Assembly (NCBI GenBank): GCA_023264445.1
Contig: JAHFMN010000002.1
Location: 142,720-206,719 of the forward strand
Origin: Candidatus Kaiserbacteria bacterium
GTDB taxonomy: Bacteria > Patescibacteriota > Minisyncoccia > Phycocordibacterales > Phycocordibacteraceae
DNA: 64,000 bases
Reading direction: 5' to 3'
Shown here: piece after piece, positions 51,394 through 60,960 of the stretch
Layout: each line of letters opens with the position of its first letter
Position numbering within the stretch: the first letter of the stretch is position 1
Notes under the pieces: generated by a model
The model's database searches: none
Seen by the model: the letters and a program-made list of their open reading frames with translations, nothing else
What the model was told of the DNA's origin: nothing
Position numbers and translations under genes: made by a program

Positions 51394-52320
51394 ATGGACT
51401 GGATGATTATCAAGCGGGTGTGCATGAGCGGCGGGAAGAATTTCACCCGCGGCGGTGCGGTCTCGGCGGCGACCGTACTTATCATGACCGTCACGCTTGC
51501 CATCATCGGTTTCCTCATCTTTCTTTCCGCGCTCCTTTCATACACACTTACGACCGTGAGCAACAAGGTTGATATTTCCGTCTATTTCGTGACTGGGACA
51601 AGCGAGGCCGACATATTTTCCGTGAAGGACCAGCTCCAGAAATTGCCGCAGGTTGCAAGCGTGAGCTATACGTCTGCTGATGAGGCACTCATCGCTTTCA
51701 AAGAGCGTCACGCAAATGACCAGCTCACCCTCCAAGCTCTGAACGAGCTCGGCGGAAATCCGCTTGATGCGTCGCTTGCGATACGGGCGAAAGACCCTTC
51801 CCAATACGAGAGCGTCGTGCGCTTCCTTGAGGCGTCCCCAGCCCTTTCTACGGCGGGTACTTCTATCGTTGACCGTATTAATTATGCGCAGAATAAAGAA
51901 GTCATCGACCGTCTCTCCCTTGCGATACAGGCGACGCGCGAAATCGGCTTCGCCATCGTCATTCTTTTCGCGATAGCGTCTATCCTCATTGCGTTTGCCA
52001 CCGTCCGCCTCGCTATCTATACCGCAAAAGACGAAATAGCCGTGATGCGGCTTGTGGGAGCAAGCAATGCCTACATCCAGGGACCCTTCATCGTAACGGG
52101 TGTTATCACCGGAGTTACCGCTGCAGCGCTTGTTCTTCTCCTGTTATGGCCGGCGACGTGGTATGCGGGAGTGAAAACCTCCGGGTGGTTTGGCGGCTTC
52201 AACGTGGCAAGCTATTACGGAAGCCACTTCGCCTTCATCTTCCTCGTCCTCATGTGCTCGGGCCTCCTGCTTGGAGCGATCGCGTCTGTCTTCGCTATTA
52301 GAAGATATCTGAAGATATAG
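51394..52320 (+). CDS. ftsX: cell division permease FtsX
   Basis: N-terminal TM, periplasmic loop, three C-terminal TM helices; directly downstream of ftsE. Confidence 0.8.
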   Translation: MDWMIIKRVCMSGGKNFTRGGAVSAATVLIMTVTLAIIGFLIFLSALLSYTLTTVSNKVDISVYFVTGTSEADIFSVKDQLQKLPQVASVSYTSADEALIAFKERHANDQLTLQALNELGGNPLDASLAIRAKDPSQYESVVRFLEASPALSTAGTSIVDRINYAQNKEVIDRLSLAIQATREIGFAIVILFAIASILIAFATVRLAIYTAKDEIAVMRLVGASNAYIQGPFIVTGVITGVTAAALVLLLLWPATWYAGVKTSGWFGGFNVASYYGSHFAFIFLVLMCSGLLLGAIASVFAIRRYLKI

Positions 52321-52327
52321 TCCGGGT

Positions 52328-53989
52328 ATGGCGAAAGAAGGTCACAAATACATATTCGTCCTCGGCGGAGTGATGAGCGGTGTCGGGAAGGGCGTGGTCA
52401 CCAGCTCCATCGGCCTCCTGCTTCAGCAGAAGGGGTATCCGGTCAATCTCGTGAAGGTTGATCCGTACCTGAACGTGGATGCAGGAACGATGAATCCGAC
52501 CGAGCATGGGGAAGTGTTCGTGCTTCGGAGCGGACTTGAAACGGACCAGGATATGGGCAATTACGAGCGGTTCCTCGGGCGCGATCTCACGAACGACGAC
52601 TATATGACAAGTGGCATGGTGTACCAATCGGTCATTGCCCGTGAAAGGGCGCTCGGCTACGGCGGGAAATGCGTAGAGGCCGTCCCGCATGTGCGGGATG
52701 AAATATTGCGCCGCATTGAATCCGCCGCCGCTTACAACGGCAGCCGCATCTCGGTTATAGAGATCGGCGGCACTATCGGCGACTTCCAGAATGCGCTTTT
52801 CATAGATGCAGCGCGCGTGCTGAAGATGCAGCATCCTGAGGACGTACTCTTCGTCATGGTGTCGTACCTGCCGACTCCCGGAACCCTGGGCGAGATGAAG
52901 ACAAAGCCGACGCAGACGGCAGTTCGCGACCTCAATTCCTACGGCGTGCAGCCGGATTTCATCGTCGCGCGCTCCAAAGAAGCGGTCGATGAGAAGCGAA
53001 AGGAAAAGCTTGCGATTTCCTGCAACGTGCCGAAAGATCACGTCATCTCCGCGCCAGACATCGGCAGCATCTATGAGGCGCCCTTGAACTTCGAGAAGGA
53101 CAAGCTCGGCGATTCGCTCCTCGATTCGCTTCGTTTACCGGAGAAACGACGCGCGTCGCTTGCAGCGTGGAAGAAATTCGCACTCGCCGCGGTCAATACG
53201 AAAGCGCCGGAAATCAATATCGCCGTCGTTGGAAAATATTTCGATACGGGCAGTTTCGTGCTTGCCGACGCCTATCTCTCGGTCATTGAAGCAATCAAAT
53301 TCTCCGCGGCGAAGCTCCATCGCCAGGCGAAGATAACCTGGGTGAATTCGAAAGACTTGGAGAAAGCCGGACCAAAGGTCGTCACGCAGATGCTCGGGAA
53401 GTTCCATGGCATCATCGTCCCGGGCGGTTTCGGCGAGACAGGCATCGAGGGCAAGATTAAGGCGATACGGTTCGCGCGCGAGCGGAACATACCGTATTTC
53501 GGTCTCTGCTATGGCATGCAGCTCATGGTGGTGGAATACGCGCGCAACGTACTCGGGCTCAAGGATGCAAATACAACCGAAATCAAAAAGAGCGCTGCCG
53601 ATCCGGTAGTCGACGTCATGTTGGAACAGAAGAAGCATCTCGCAGACAATAAATATGGCGGTACGATGCGTCTCGGCGTGTATCCGGCATACCTCAAGAA
53701 GGGCACGATGGCGCGTGCCGCATACAAGAAGGAACTAGTGGAAGAGCGTCATCGCCACCGGTATGAAATCAATCCGGCGTATGTGAAGCAGCTTGAAGAG
53801 GCCGGCCTTGTCTTCTCGGGGACCTCTCCCGATGGCGTCTTGATGGAGATAGCGGAGCTTCCGCGAAGCGAGCATCCCTTCATGCTCGGAACACAGTTCC
53901 ATCCCGAGTTGCAGGCGCGGCCGCTTACGCCGCATCCTTTGTTTACCGAGTTCATCCGTGCCGCGATCAAACGCAAGAGACGGAAATGA
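52328..53989 (+). CDS. pyrG: CTP synthase
   Basis: N-terminal synthetase domain (YIFVLGGVMSGVGKG) and C-terminal glutamine amidotransferase with the GLCYGMQ catalytic Cys. Confidence 0.95.
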   Translation: MAKEGHKYIFVLGGVMSGVGKGVVTSSIGLLLQQKGYPVNLVKVDPYLNVDAGTMNPTEHGEVFVLRSGLETDQDMGNYERFLGRDLTNDDYMTSGMVYQSVIARERALGYGGKCVEAVPHVRDEILRRIESAAAYNGSRISVIEIGGTIGDFQNALFIDAARVLKMQHPEDVLFVMVSYLPTPGTLGEMKTKPTQTAVRDLNSYGVQPDFIVARSKEAVDEKRKEKLAISCNVPKDHVISAPDIGSIYEAPLNFEKDKLGDSLLDSLRLPEKRRASLAAWKKFALAAVNTKAPEINIAVVGKYFDTGSFVLADAYLSVIEAIKFSAAKLHRQAKITWVNSKDLEKAGPKVVTQMLGKFHGIIVPGGFGETGIEGKIKAIRFARERNIPYFGLCYGMQLMVVEYARNVLGLKDANTTEIKKSAADPVVDVMLEQKKHLADNKYGGTMRLGVYPAYLKKGTMARAAYKKELVEERHRHRYEINPAYVKQLEEAGLVFSGTSPDGVLMEIAELPRSEHPFMLGTQFHPELQARPLTPHPLFTEFIRAAIKRKRRK

Positions 53990-53996
53990 AAAGAAG

Positions 53997-54743
53997 TTAA
54001 GAAATCGCTCGAACAGCTTCGGTCAGGAGATCGACTTCCCTAAAAAATTGTGGGGAGCGTGTGTCGCGCGGGCGGGGTAGCGGTATGGAAAGCGTCTCCT
54101 GCACTCGCCCGGGGTGAGTGTTCATGATGATGACTTTATCGGAGAGTTCAATGGAGTCGGGGATGAGATGATTCACCATGAGCACCGTCATGCCGTAGCT
54201 CCGCCAGATCTTCAACAGGTCGGCTTTGAGCGATTCGGCAGTAATCGTGTCTAAATTAGAGAACGGTTCGTCCATGACAAGGAGGTCGGGGGAAATGGCG
54301 AGTGCGCGGGCGAGCCCGACCCTCTGGCGCTGACCGCCGGAGAGCTCCGAGGGATAGGAGTGAGCAAGATGTCCAAGCCCGACCTCTTTCAATTTCTCGT
54401 GCGCGATCTGTTCGCGGTTGTCCTTTGGCATCCCGCTCATGCGCAAGCCGAACGCAGCGTTGTCGAGCGCCGAGAGCCACGGGAAAAGCGCATAATTCTG
54501 AAATACCATCCCTGGTCGGAAGAAATTGCGCACGATGGTGCCGCTCGTGTGCGGCATGAGGCCAAGGATGACACGCATGAGGGTGGACTTACCGGCGCCG
54601 GAAGGTCCGATGATAGAGACGAATGAACCTTTCTGAACAGAGAAGGAAATATCCTTCAGAGCGGTCACGCCTTTATGATCTTCATCGGGGAAGCGTGCCG
54701 ATACACGCGAGAGGACAAGTTCCATACCATTTGAGTCGGTCAT
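53997..54743 (-). CDS. ABC transporter ATP-binding protein (NitT/TauT nitrate/sulfonate/bicarbonate family)
   Basis: Walker A GPSGAGKST, signature LSGGQRQRVGLARA, Walker B LLVMDEPFS. Confidence 0.8.
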   Translation of the reverse strand: MTDSNGMELVLSRVSARFPDEDHKGVTALKDISFSVQKGSFVSIIGPSGAGKSTLMRVILGLMPHTSGTIVRNFFRPGMVFQNYALFPWLSALDNAAFGLRMSGMPKDNREQIAHEKLKEVGLGHLAHSYPSELSGGQRQRVGLARALAISPDLLVMDEPFSNLDTITAESLKADLLKIWRSYGMTVLMVNHLIPDSIELSDKVIIMNTHPGRVQETLSIPLPRPRDTRSPQFFREVDLLTEAVRAIS

Positions 54744-54744
54744 A

Positions 54745-55500
54745 TCATTCAGAGTAACGCTTGCTGCTCTCGGCCAGAAGCGGCGCCCACACGAGACGAT
54801 TTAGTATGAATACGATGAGCAAGATGGCGAAAGTACCAGCGATCGAGGCTTGATTGACGCCCGAGACGCTCGCTTCTCGGATGAAATCGCCGAAGCCGGC
54901 GACGTTCGTAATGATTTCAGCGCCAATGATAGCTTCCCAGCCGATGGCGATGCCGACGATGGAACCGGTAAGCATCGCGGGGAAGGAGAGTGGGGCGAGG
55001 TAGAAGGGAATTCGCCGGAGCCCGCGCGCTCCAAAGATAGTAGCCGCATCAGAGAGATCCTTATGTGCGTTCCTGATGGCCGTGAGCACTGCAAAGAGGA
55101 TGGGCCAGATGATGGAGCTTGCAGCAAAGAAGATAATCATCTGGCTCGTGTAGCCGAAGAAGAAAATAAAGAGCGGTATCATCGCGAAAGATGGAAGGTT
55201 CTGGAGTATGTCGAAGAAAGGGAAGAGCATGTCGGTGAACGGGCTCCAGCCGACCAAAAGAGCAATACCGATGCCAAGTACAAGTGCAATCCCATACGCA
55301 AAGACGAGGCGATAGGTGGTGCGAAGGACGGCATCAACTAGAGAGGGCCACGCGACCGTCCCAAAATAGCCGAGCGCGATACAGAGGAGGGCGACGGCGA
55401 GGATGCACGTCATGAGAAGCCATGCTCGCCGGTGGCGCGTCAGGTGGGTGCGGTGCCACGCGCGGGTCTGCACGTGCGCGACGCTGTGTATCATGCTCAT
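54745..55500 (-). CDS. ABC transporter permease (NitT/TauT family, BPD_transp_1)
   Basis: Six TM helices; EAA-like loop region (AATIFGARGLRRIPFYLAP). Confidence 0.75.
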   Translation of the reverse strand: MSMIHSVAHVQTRAWHRTHLTRHRRAWLLMTCILAVALLCIALGYFGTVAWPSLVDAVLRTTYRLVFAYGIALVLGIGIALLVGWSPFTDMLFPFFDILQNLPSFAMIPLFIFFFGYTSQMIIFFAASSIIWPILFAVLTAIRNAHKDLSDAATIFGARGLRRIPFYLAPLSFPAMLTGSIVGIAIGWEAIIGAEIITNVAGFGDFIREASVSGVNQASIAGTFAILLIVFILNRLVWAPLLAESSKRYSE

Positions 55501-55634
55501 ATTCTAGCGCGTCTTTTGGTTTCTCCGGGGATATGCCCACTCTTTCGTACCCGACTTGCTTTTATTTTTTGTGTATAATTGGGGTAGAAGGGGGTGTGAG
55601 GGTATTGATTATAAAAAGAACGTTATTGTCATTT

Positions 55635-56393
55635 ATGCGTACATTAAGAACTATAGGAGTTGTGAGCAGTGCCGCTGCACTTCTTCTTACAGCGAACATT
55701 GCGTTTGCGGAAGATCGGCCGACGACCAAGGGTAGGCAGGATGCGAATGTTGAACTCAGGATGAAATCGGCTTCAACGACAGAGAATGAGACGAACAAGG
55801 AGAATGCAAAAGAGCGTGTGAAAGCGGCACGCGAGGAAGTGAAGGCTCGCATGGAGGTGGAGCATGAGAAAGTCACCAAGCGACTCACCGACATTCAGGA
55901 CAAAGTGAAACGGGAGATGGCGGAAAAGATCGCAACCCAGTTTGGGCGTCTCAACGACACATGGACCGATCACTTTATAGATCTGCTTGATCGCTATGAC
56001 GCGGTCATACAGAAGATTCAAGCTAGAGCTGACATCGCTGCCAGTGCCGGGAAGGATGTCACAAGCGTCACGGCAGCTATACAGTCGGCTAAGACTGCAA
56101 TCGCAACCGCACGAGCGGCCGTAATCGCTCAGGCAGCCAAGACGTATGCAGTGGCCTCCTCGACCATCCCTACAACCGCGACCAGCACACCAAGCGGTCA
56201 GGAAAAGATTATGCAGAACTTGCGCAAGTCGTTCCAGGACCTCCATACGACGCTCTTCAAGGACCTCACCACGCTTCGTGATGGGGTGATGAAAGACGCG
56301 CGTCAGGCAGTCCAGAACGCGCTCCAGGCTCTCGGGAAAGTCCCCGAAGTCGACGAGGATCACGCGACTACGACCCCAGCATCAAATCAGTAA
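55635..56393 (+). CDS. secreted coiled-coil protein, function unknown
   Basis: Signal peptide MRTLRTIGVVSSAAALLLTANIAFA, then charged heptad-like segments (EEVKARMEVEHEKVTKRLTDIQDKVKREM). Confidence 0.45.
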   Translation: MRTLRTIGVVSSAAALLLTANIAFAEDRPTTKGRQDANVELRMKSASTTENETNKENAKERVKAAREEVKARMEVEHEKVTKRLTDIQDKVKREMAEKIATQFGRLNDTWTDHFIDLLDRYDAVIQKIQARADIAASAGKDVTSVTAAIQSAKTAIATARAAVIAQAAKTYAVASSTIPTTATSTPSGQEKIMQNLRKSFQDLHTTLFKDLTTLRDGVMKDARQAVQNALQALGKVPEVDEDHATTTPASNQ

Positions 56394-56411
56394 TCTCTCA
56401 CTTATCTCACT

Positions 56412-56651
56412 ATGGACTATCAAACAACTGAATCCTCAAACACGATGTGGTACATCATCGGCGCCGTCATCATTATTGCGATTGGGCTCTGGTACTTCTA
56501 CGCTCCGCAGTCGATGACCACCAGCACCGAATCAACAGCAAACGACACCACCACAGCGGCTATCTCAGCAGATCTCGAACAGATTCCGGACGATTCAGCG
56601 GCGTTCAATCAGGCCGCAGCTGCTTCAGCTCAGGACGTTTCGGGTTTCTAA
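56412..56651 (+). CDS. small membrane protein
   Basis: 79 aa, single TM helix (WYIIGAVIIIAIGLWYFY). Confidence 0.35.
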   Translation: MDYQTTESSNTMWYIIGAVIIIAIGLWYFYAPQSMTTSTESTANDTTTAAISADLEQIPDDSAAFNQAAAASAQDVSGF

Positions 56652-56677
56652 GAAAAGCATCAAGTAGAAAACCGTCC

Positions 56678-56712
56678 CGTCAAAGCGGGGCGGTTTTCTA
56701 TTGTGCGAACGG
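56678..56712 (+). terminator. rho-independent terminator
   Basis: aaaccgtcccg-tcaaag-cggggcggttt followed by tctattg. Confidence 0.5.
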
Positions 56713-56749
56713 TTGAACAAACCCGACTTTTAACGTATCGTCTCTCTAT

Positions 56750-56880
56750 TGCCAGATCGTCTAATGGTAAGCCCTGTGGGCTTTCTGCTACGCTCGCTCG
56801 GAAAGAGTAAATAGGAAATTCACTCTTTACCTCGCTTCGCTAGCAGTAGGACAATTTCCTCCCAAGAGGCCTGGCAATGA
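56750..56880 (+). pseudogene. tRNA-Gln 5'-half duplication / pseudo-tRNA
   Basis: First 20 nt TGCCAGATCGTCTAATGGTA are identical to the 5' end of the tRNA-Gln 148 nt downstream. It ends with TAGGAC...CCTGGCA resembling the acceptor 3' strand, but lacks anticodon and T arms. Confidence 0.4.
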
Positions 56881-56897
56881 GGTACAGTGATACACAT

Positions 56898-56968
56898 TGC
56901 CAGATCGTCTAATGGTAGGACCTCAGACTCTGAATCTGAGTATCTTGGTTCGAATCCAAGTCTGGCAG
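56898..56968 (+). tRNA. tRNA-Gln (CUG)
   Basis: TGCCAGATCGTCTAATGGTAGGACCTCAGACTCTGAATCTGAGTATCTTGGTTCGAATCCAAGTCTGGCAG. Anticodon loop CTCTGAA; T-loop TTCGAAT; CCA not encoded. Confidence 0.85.
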
Positions 56969-57077
56969 CTCTTCGTCGCTTCGCTCCTCAGAGCCTCCGG
57001 CCCGTCCTCGGGTCGAGGGCTCTGATGTATATGTGCGACGAAGACACCGAGCGAGCGGAGCGACGAGGTACCTCACA

Positions 57078-57395
57078 ATGACGAGAGATGTATTATTCGA
57101 ATATATGCATTTCGTTTACATCCTTGAATGTGCCGACAAATCTTTGTATGTCGGGTGCACGAACAATCTGGAGAAACGTCTCAAACAGCACAACGATTCA
57201 AAACGGGGTGCACACTACACAAAAATCCGCCGACCGGTAATCCTCAAATATTTAGAAACTTTTTCAACACTTAAAGAAGCCAGGCAACGAGAATCCGAAA
57301 TCAAGCGCTGGCGCCGCGAAAAGAAACTGAATCTGATAAAATCCGGCCAGCACTTCTTCAACTCCACAAAGTCGAAGGTTCATCAGTACCTTTGA
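57078..57395 (+). CDS. GIY-YIG nuclease superfamily protein (YhbQ/UPF0213-like)
   Basis: GIY-YIG motif FVYILECADKSLYVGCTNNLEKRLKQH ... conserved R and E downstream. Confidence 0.7.
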   Translation: MTRDVLFEYMHFVYILECADKSLYVGCTNNLEKRLKQHNDSKRGAHYTKIRRPVILKYLETFSTLKEARQRESEIKRWRREKKLNLIKSGQHFFNSTKSKVHQYL

Positions 57396-57415
57396 CCAAG
57401 GTATACTGCACTCAT

Positions 57416-58462
57416 ATGATACAAAGCCAGAAACTCCGGCCGTATTTCCTCATAGTAACTCTTGCCGTCGCTGCCGCGCTCGCTGTCGCAGTTTTCTGGC
57501 CGTTCTTGAAGCCGCTTGCGCTCGCTATGGTATTCGCCGTCGTGCTTCAGGGGCTCTATAGGAGGATTTCAAACCTAATAGGCGGCTGGCCGAGCATCGC
57601 CGCGCTCCTCACAGTCGTCGTGAGCGTCTTCCTCATACTGCTCCCACTTTCTCTCATCGGCACGCTAGTGGGGAGTCAGGCGCACAGTCTCTATGTTTCG
57701 CTTGAAGAGGGGGGTGGACAGAGCGCCGTCGCGCAATTGTTTCTCCAAGCCGATGAAATGTTCGGCGGAGTCGTACCGGGACTTGGAGAATTCTCTCGCG
57801 ATATTTCCGCGAATGTCGACACATACGCCAAAGAAGCCCTGCAGTGGATCGCCGGACATGCAGGGCAACTTTTTTCGAGCCTCTCGCGGCTCCTCCTCTC
57901 TTTCCTCATCTTCTTCATCGCGCTCTATTATCTCCTGCGCGACGGCAAGCGCGTGCGGCAGATTCTCATCGAGCTTTCTCCTTTGAGCGATAAGGAAGAT
58001 GAAGGGGTATTCGATCGGCTCGAGCTTGCGGTCAATTCCATCATCAAGGGAAATCTCACGATTGCGCTCCTGCAAGGAATCCTCACGACCATCGGCTTCA
58101 CGCTCTTCGGCGTGCCAAACGCGATTCTCTGGGGGACGGTTGCCGCCGTCGCAGCGCTCATCCCTGGCATCGGAACGGCACTCGTTATCACTCCGGCCGT
58201 CTTGTTCCTCTTTTTCACTGGAACGTCAGTACAAGCATTCGGGCTCCTCGTGTGGGGTATGCTTGCCGTCGGACTCGTCGACAATTTGCTCGGTCCCAAG
58301 CTCGTCGGAAGGGGAATGAAACTGCACCCGCTCCTCGTCCTCCTTTCGGTCCTCGGCGGACTCATGTACTTCGGCCCGATCGGCATTTTCCTCGGCCCCT
58401 TGACCGTAAGTCTCCTCTTCGCTCTCCTCTCTATCTACGCTGATGTCTCGCGGAGCGCGTAA
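57416..58462 (+). CDS. AI-2E family transporter (PerM/UPF0118)
   Basis: Eight TM helices and typical length; conserved LPL region and ILWGTVAAVAALIPGIG. Confidence 0.7.
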   Translation: MIQSQKLRPYFLIVTLAVAAALAVAVFWPFLKPLALAMVFAVVLQGLYRRISNLIGGWPSIAALLTVVVSVFLILLPLSLIGTLVGSQAHSLYVSLEEGGGQSAVAQLFLQADEMFGGVVPGLGEFSRDISANVDTYAKEALQWIAGHAGQLFSSLSRLLLSFLIFFIALYYLLRDGKRVRQILIELSPLSDKEDEGVFDRLELAVNSIIKGNLTIALLQGILTTIGFTLFGVPNAILWGTVAAVAALIPGIGTALVITPAVLFLFFTGTSVQAFGLLVWGMLAVGLVDNLLGPKLVGRGMKLHPLLVLLSVLGGLMYFGPIGIFLGPLTVSLLFALLSIYADVSRSA

Positions 58463-58482
58463 GACATAAAGAGTTTCCTGCT

Positions 58483-59163
58483 ATGGACAGAGAACAACCG
58501 CTAGCGGACATGCCAGAAGAAAAGTTGGCGCTCGTCGAGCGCCGACACGAGTACGGCGATGTTTACACCTACCTCTTCAAGCCTGCGCACCCCATACCGT
58601 ATGAAGCGGGGCAGTACGGCCACGTGCGCTTGTATGACATGCCGGCAGAGGTAAAGCCGGTGCACGAGCTCTCATTTGCCTCCGCGCCGCATGAGGAGCT
58701 CATATGGTTTGGCATCGACAGCCGCTCGAAGAGTCCCTACCAGCAGAAATTGCTTTCGCTTGTACCGGGCGATGAAATAGGATTATTTAAGGTGAAGCGG
58801 CACATGCTCTGGCCGCCGCAAGGGAGCGATGTCGTTATGATTGCGGGAGGTGTCGGCATCACGCCGATGCGTTCATTTCTCGTAGATGCCGCTCATAAAA
58901 AGCTTCCACTCACGACGACCGTGATGCACATCGGTCGTGGACCATTTTTATATGGTGATGAATTATCAAAACTCGCGACGAAATATCAGACGGTAGGGAG
59001 GGAAGATTTGTCAGAGACTCTTGCCGCCGTTGTGCAAGAACACCCCGATGCGGTGTACTACGTCGCTGGCTCGCCGAGCTTGGTAGAGACACTCGCCGAT
59101 ACGCTCGCGCACGCTGGTATCACACGCATCGAAAGCGATGCCTTCAAAGGTCTTTTGGATTAA
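58483..59163 (+). CDS. FAD-binding oxidoreductase (ferredoxin-NADP reductase-like / siderophore-interacting fold)
   Basis: FAD-binding R-x-Y-S-like element (HELSFAS) and NAD-binding MIAGGVGITPM. Confidence 0.5.
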   Translation: MDREQPLADMPEEKLALVERRHEYGDVYTYLFKPAHPIPYEAGQYGHVRLYDMPAEVKPVHELSFASAPHEELIWFGIDSRSKSPYQQKLLSLVPGDEIGLFKVKRHMLWPPQGSDVVMIAGGVGITPMRSFLVDAAHKKLPLTTTVMHIGRGPFLYGDELSKLATKYQTVGREDLSETLAAVVQEHPDAVYYVAGSPSLVETLADTLAHAGITRIESDAFKGLLD

Positions 59164-59172
59164 AAAGGAAGG

Positions 59173-59218
59173 TTCTTTGTACGAATTTTAACCTATAGGT
59201 CGAAATTCGTACAAAGAA
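59173..59218. repeat. perfect 16-bp inverted repeat TTCTTTGTACGAATTT-N14-AAATTCGTACAAAGAA
   Basis: Exact reverse-complement arms separated by 14 nt, in the 88-nt gap between convergent genes. Confidence 0.6.
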
Positions 59219-59230
59219 TACAAATAAGAG

Positions 59231-59253
59231 AGTCCCGCGCGGTGCGCGGGACT
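59231..59253. terminator. bidirectional terminator hairpin
   Basis: agtcccgcgc-ggt-gcgcgggact perfect 10-bp GC stem. Confidence 0.55.
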
Positions 59254-59626
59254 AGTGCTTCTTGAGGTGAATTTCCTTTCCCTCCCATTCTTCAATCTTT
59301 TTCTTCTGTACGCGGAGGTTGAGCTGGGCCGGTTTACGGCATGCCCCTCTGACGGAGGCGAGCGAGCTCGGCAATTCCCACGCTGCAGAAATGAGCAGAG
59401 TGGCGTACACGTATCCCGACTCCTCCTTCACGAGACGGATGGTGCTTTGTGGGTCCAGACGGCACTGAAGAGGATACTCTCCAGCGTCATTTCTAAACTC
59501 CGCCCACACCTCCTTCTTCCATGCTTCTTTCTGCGTTACTTCGTATTCGTTCGTTTCCGAGAACGAAAACGCAAAGCTCGGACCCACTACTATCAGAAGT
59601 CCGAGGAACAGCAGTGTCATGCGCAT
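59252..59626 (-). CDS. secreted hypothetical protein
   Basis: Signal peptide MRMTLLFLGLLIVVGPSFA; 124 aa. Confidence 0.4.
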   Translation of the reverse strand: MRMTLLFLGLLIVVGPSFAFSFSETNEYEVTQKEAWKKEVWAEFRNDAGEYPLQCRLDPQSTIRLVKEESGYVYATLLISAAWELPSSLASVRGACRKPAQLNLRVQKKKIEEWEGKEIHLKKH

Positions 59627-59820
59627 AGCAGGCTCCCAAGAACGAAATACCCGAAATGACTATAACACATATATTTATAATATGCAATACCTTCTTGCCA
59701 TGTCTTGACAGAATTCACCCCGATGCGTAGTATCGCCGGATCGACCCACCTGGGTCGATTTCCTTGTCTCGTTCGTTCTTAGAGCGAGCGGGACTCAACA
59801 TTCAAAGAGAGAGGTCTTTC

Positions 59821-60111
59821 ATGAAGAACAAGCAAGGGAAATACACCCGTCTGGTCCCCGTGATGATCAAGGGCAAGCTGCTCTTGGTCGATGCCAACAG
59901 CATCCACAAGAGCGATCGCACGATACATCACGGCACCACGGCTGCGGGAACCCCGGTGAACAGCGCGCAGAGCTGCGGCATCGGCGACTCGACTATCGTC
60001 TGGCCGGCCGACGGCGCGCCGCCCGTCTCGTTCAAGAACGACGACTTGCAGGTCTTCGCCAGGCAGACGCTGGAGGCCTCGGGCTTCCAGATCAAGGCGC
60101 CGCAGACCTAG
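59821..60111 (+). CDS. hypothetical protein
   Basis: 96-aa ORF from internal ATG (MKNKQGKYTRL); GC-rich body; followed by a strong terminator. Confidence 0.35.
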   Translation: MKNKQGKYTRLVPVMIKGKLLLVDANSIHKSDRTIHHGTTAAGTPVNSAQSCGIGDSTIVWPADGAPPVSFKNDDLQVFARQTLEASGFQIKAPQT

Positions 60112-60154
60112 TCAGGCGCCGGCGCGACCCGCACGAACGGATAGCAATATCCGA

Positions 60155-60200
60155 GTCGCAACAGCAGGCAGTTTCTCCTCCGGGAGGAACTGCCTGCCTT
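60155..60200. terminator. bidirectional rho-independent terminator
   Basis: gcaggcagtttctcc-tccg-ggaggaactgcctgcc followed by TTCTTTTATTT. Confidence 0.6.
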
Positions 60201-60203
60201 CTT

Positions 60204-60929
60204 TTATTTCATCCCAATCTCCGCAAGGAACGTTTTCAATTCTTCGCCTTCGATGGTGCGCCACGTCCCAGGTGCAAGCTTTCCGAGCTGTATGTTCAAT
60301 ATGCGCACGCGCTCAAGCCCAACGACCGTATTATGGAGCGCCTCAACCATCCGGCGTATCTGGTGCTTTTTACCTTCGGTGAGCGTGATAGAAAAACTTC
60401 TCTCGCCAGTCACGCGTACCGTACAGGGCTTTGTCAGGTAGCCGCCAATATCAACACCCGCTTCCATCGCTTTCTTGAAGCTCGCGCGCAGGGGCTCTTG
60501 GGTCTGTACTCGATATTCCTTTTCATGCCCGTAACGTGGGTTCAAAAGCCGATCGGTGACCCTTCCGTCGTCCGTGAGGATGATGAGGCCGCTCGAGCTC
60601 TTGTCGAGGCGGCCTATAGGGAAGATGTCCTGCATCGGGACGCTCTTTTTAATATCTTTTTCACCCAACTGCGGTGAGTGGGTAATGACGCCAACCGGCT
60701 TGTGATAAGCATAGTAGAGGAATTTTTTTGAAGAAACCGCACCGCGCATCTCGACTCGATCGCCCAGATGCACCTTATCGCCAAGTACGGCAACACGGCC
60801 GTTGATAAGAACCTTTCCGTTAGCAATGAGTTCATCTGCACCGCGCCGCGTTGCGACGCCTTTATGGGCGAGATATGTATTGATGCGTATCGGATAGGTG
60901 TCGGCCGTCTCTGCGGCGGATCGTGGCAT
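60204..60929 (-). CDS. pseudouridine synthase (RsuA/RluB family) with N-terminal S4 domain
   Basis: S4 RNA-binding region (RINTYLAHKGVATRRGADELIANGKVLING) and catalytic Asp motif GRLDKSSSGLIILT. Confidence 0.85.
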   Translation of the reverse strand: MPRSAAETADTYPIRINTYLAHKGVATRRGADELIANGKVLINGRVAVLGDKVHLGDRVEMRGAVSSKKFLYYAYHKPVGVITHSPQLGEKDIKKSVPMQDIFPIGRLDKSSSGLIILTDDGRVTDRLLNPRYGHEKEYRVQTQEPLRASFKKAMEAGVDIGGYLTKPCTVRVTGERSFSITLTEGKKHQIRRMVEALHNTVVGLERVRILNIQLGKLAPGTWRTIEGEELKTFLAEIGMK

Positions 60930-60960
60930 AGCGGCACTATAGCGTATTTCCCTTGGTTGT

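Noticed and set aside
56887-57081. 64-aa ORF overlapping tRNA-Gln, and the 49052..49240 ORF antisense to tRNA-Thr
   Set aside because: They overlap well-formed tRNA genes, and the translations contain the tRNA sequence read as protein.
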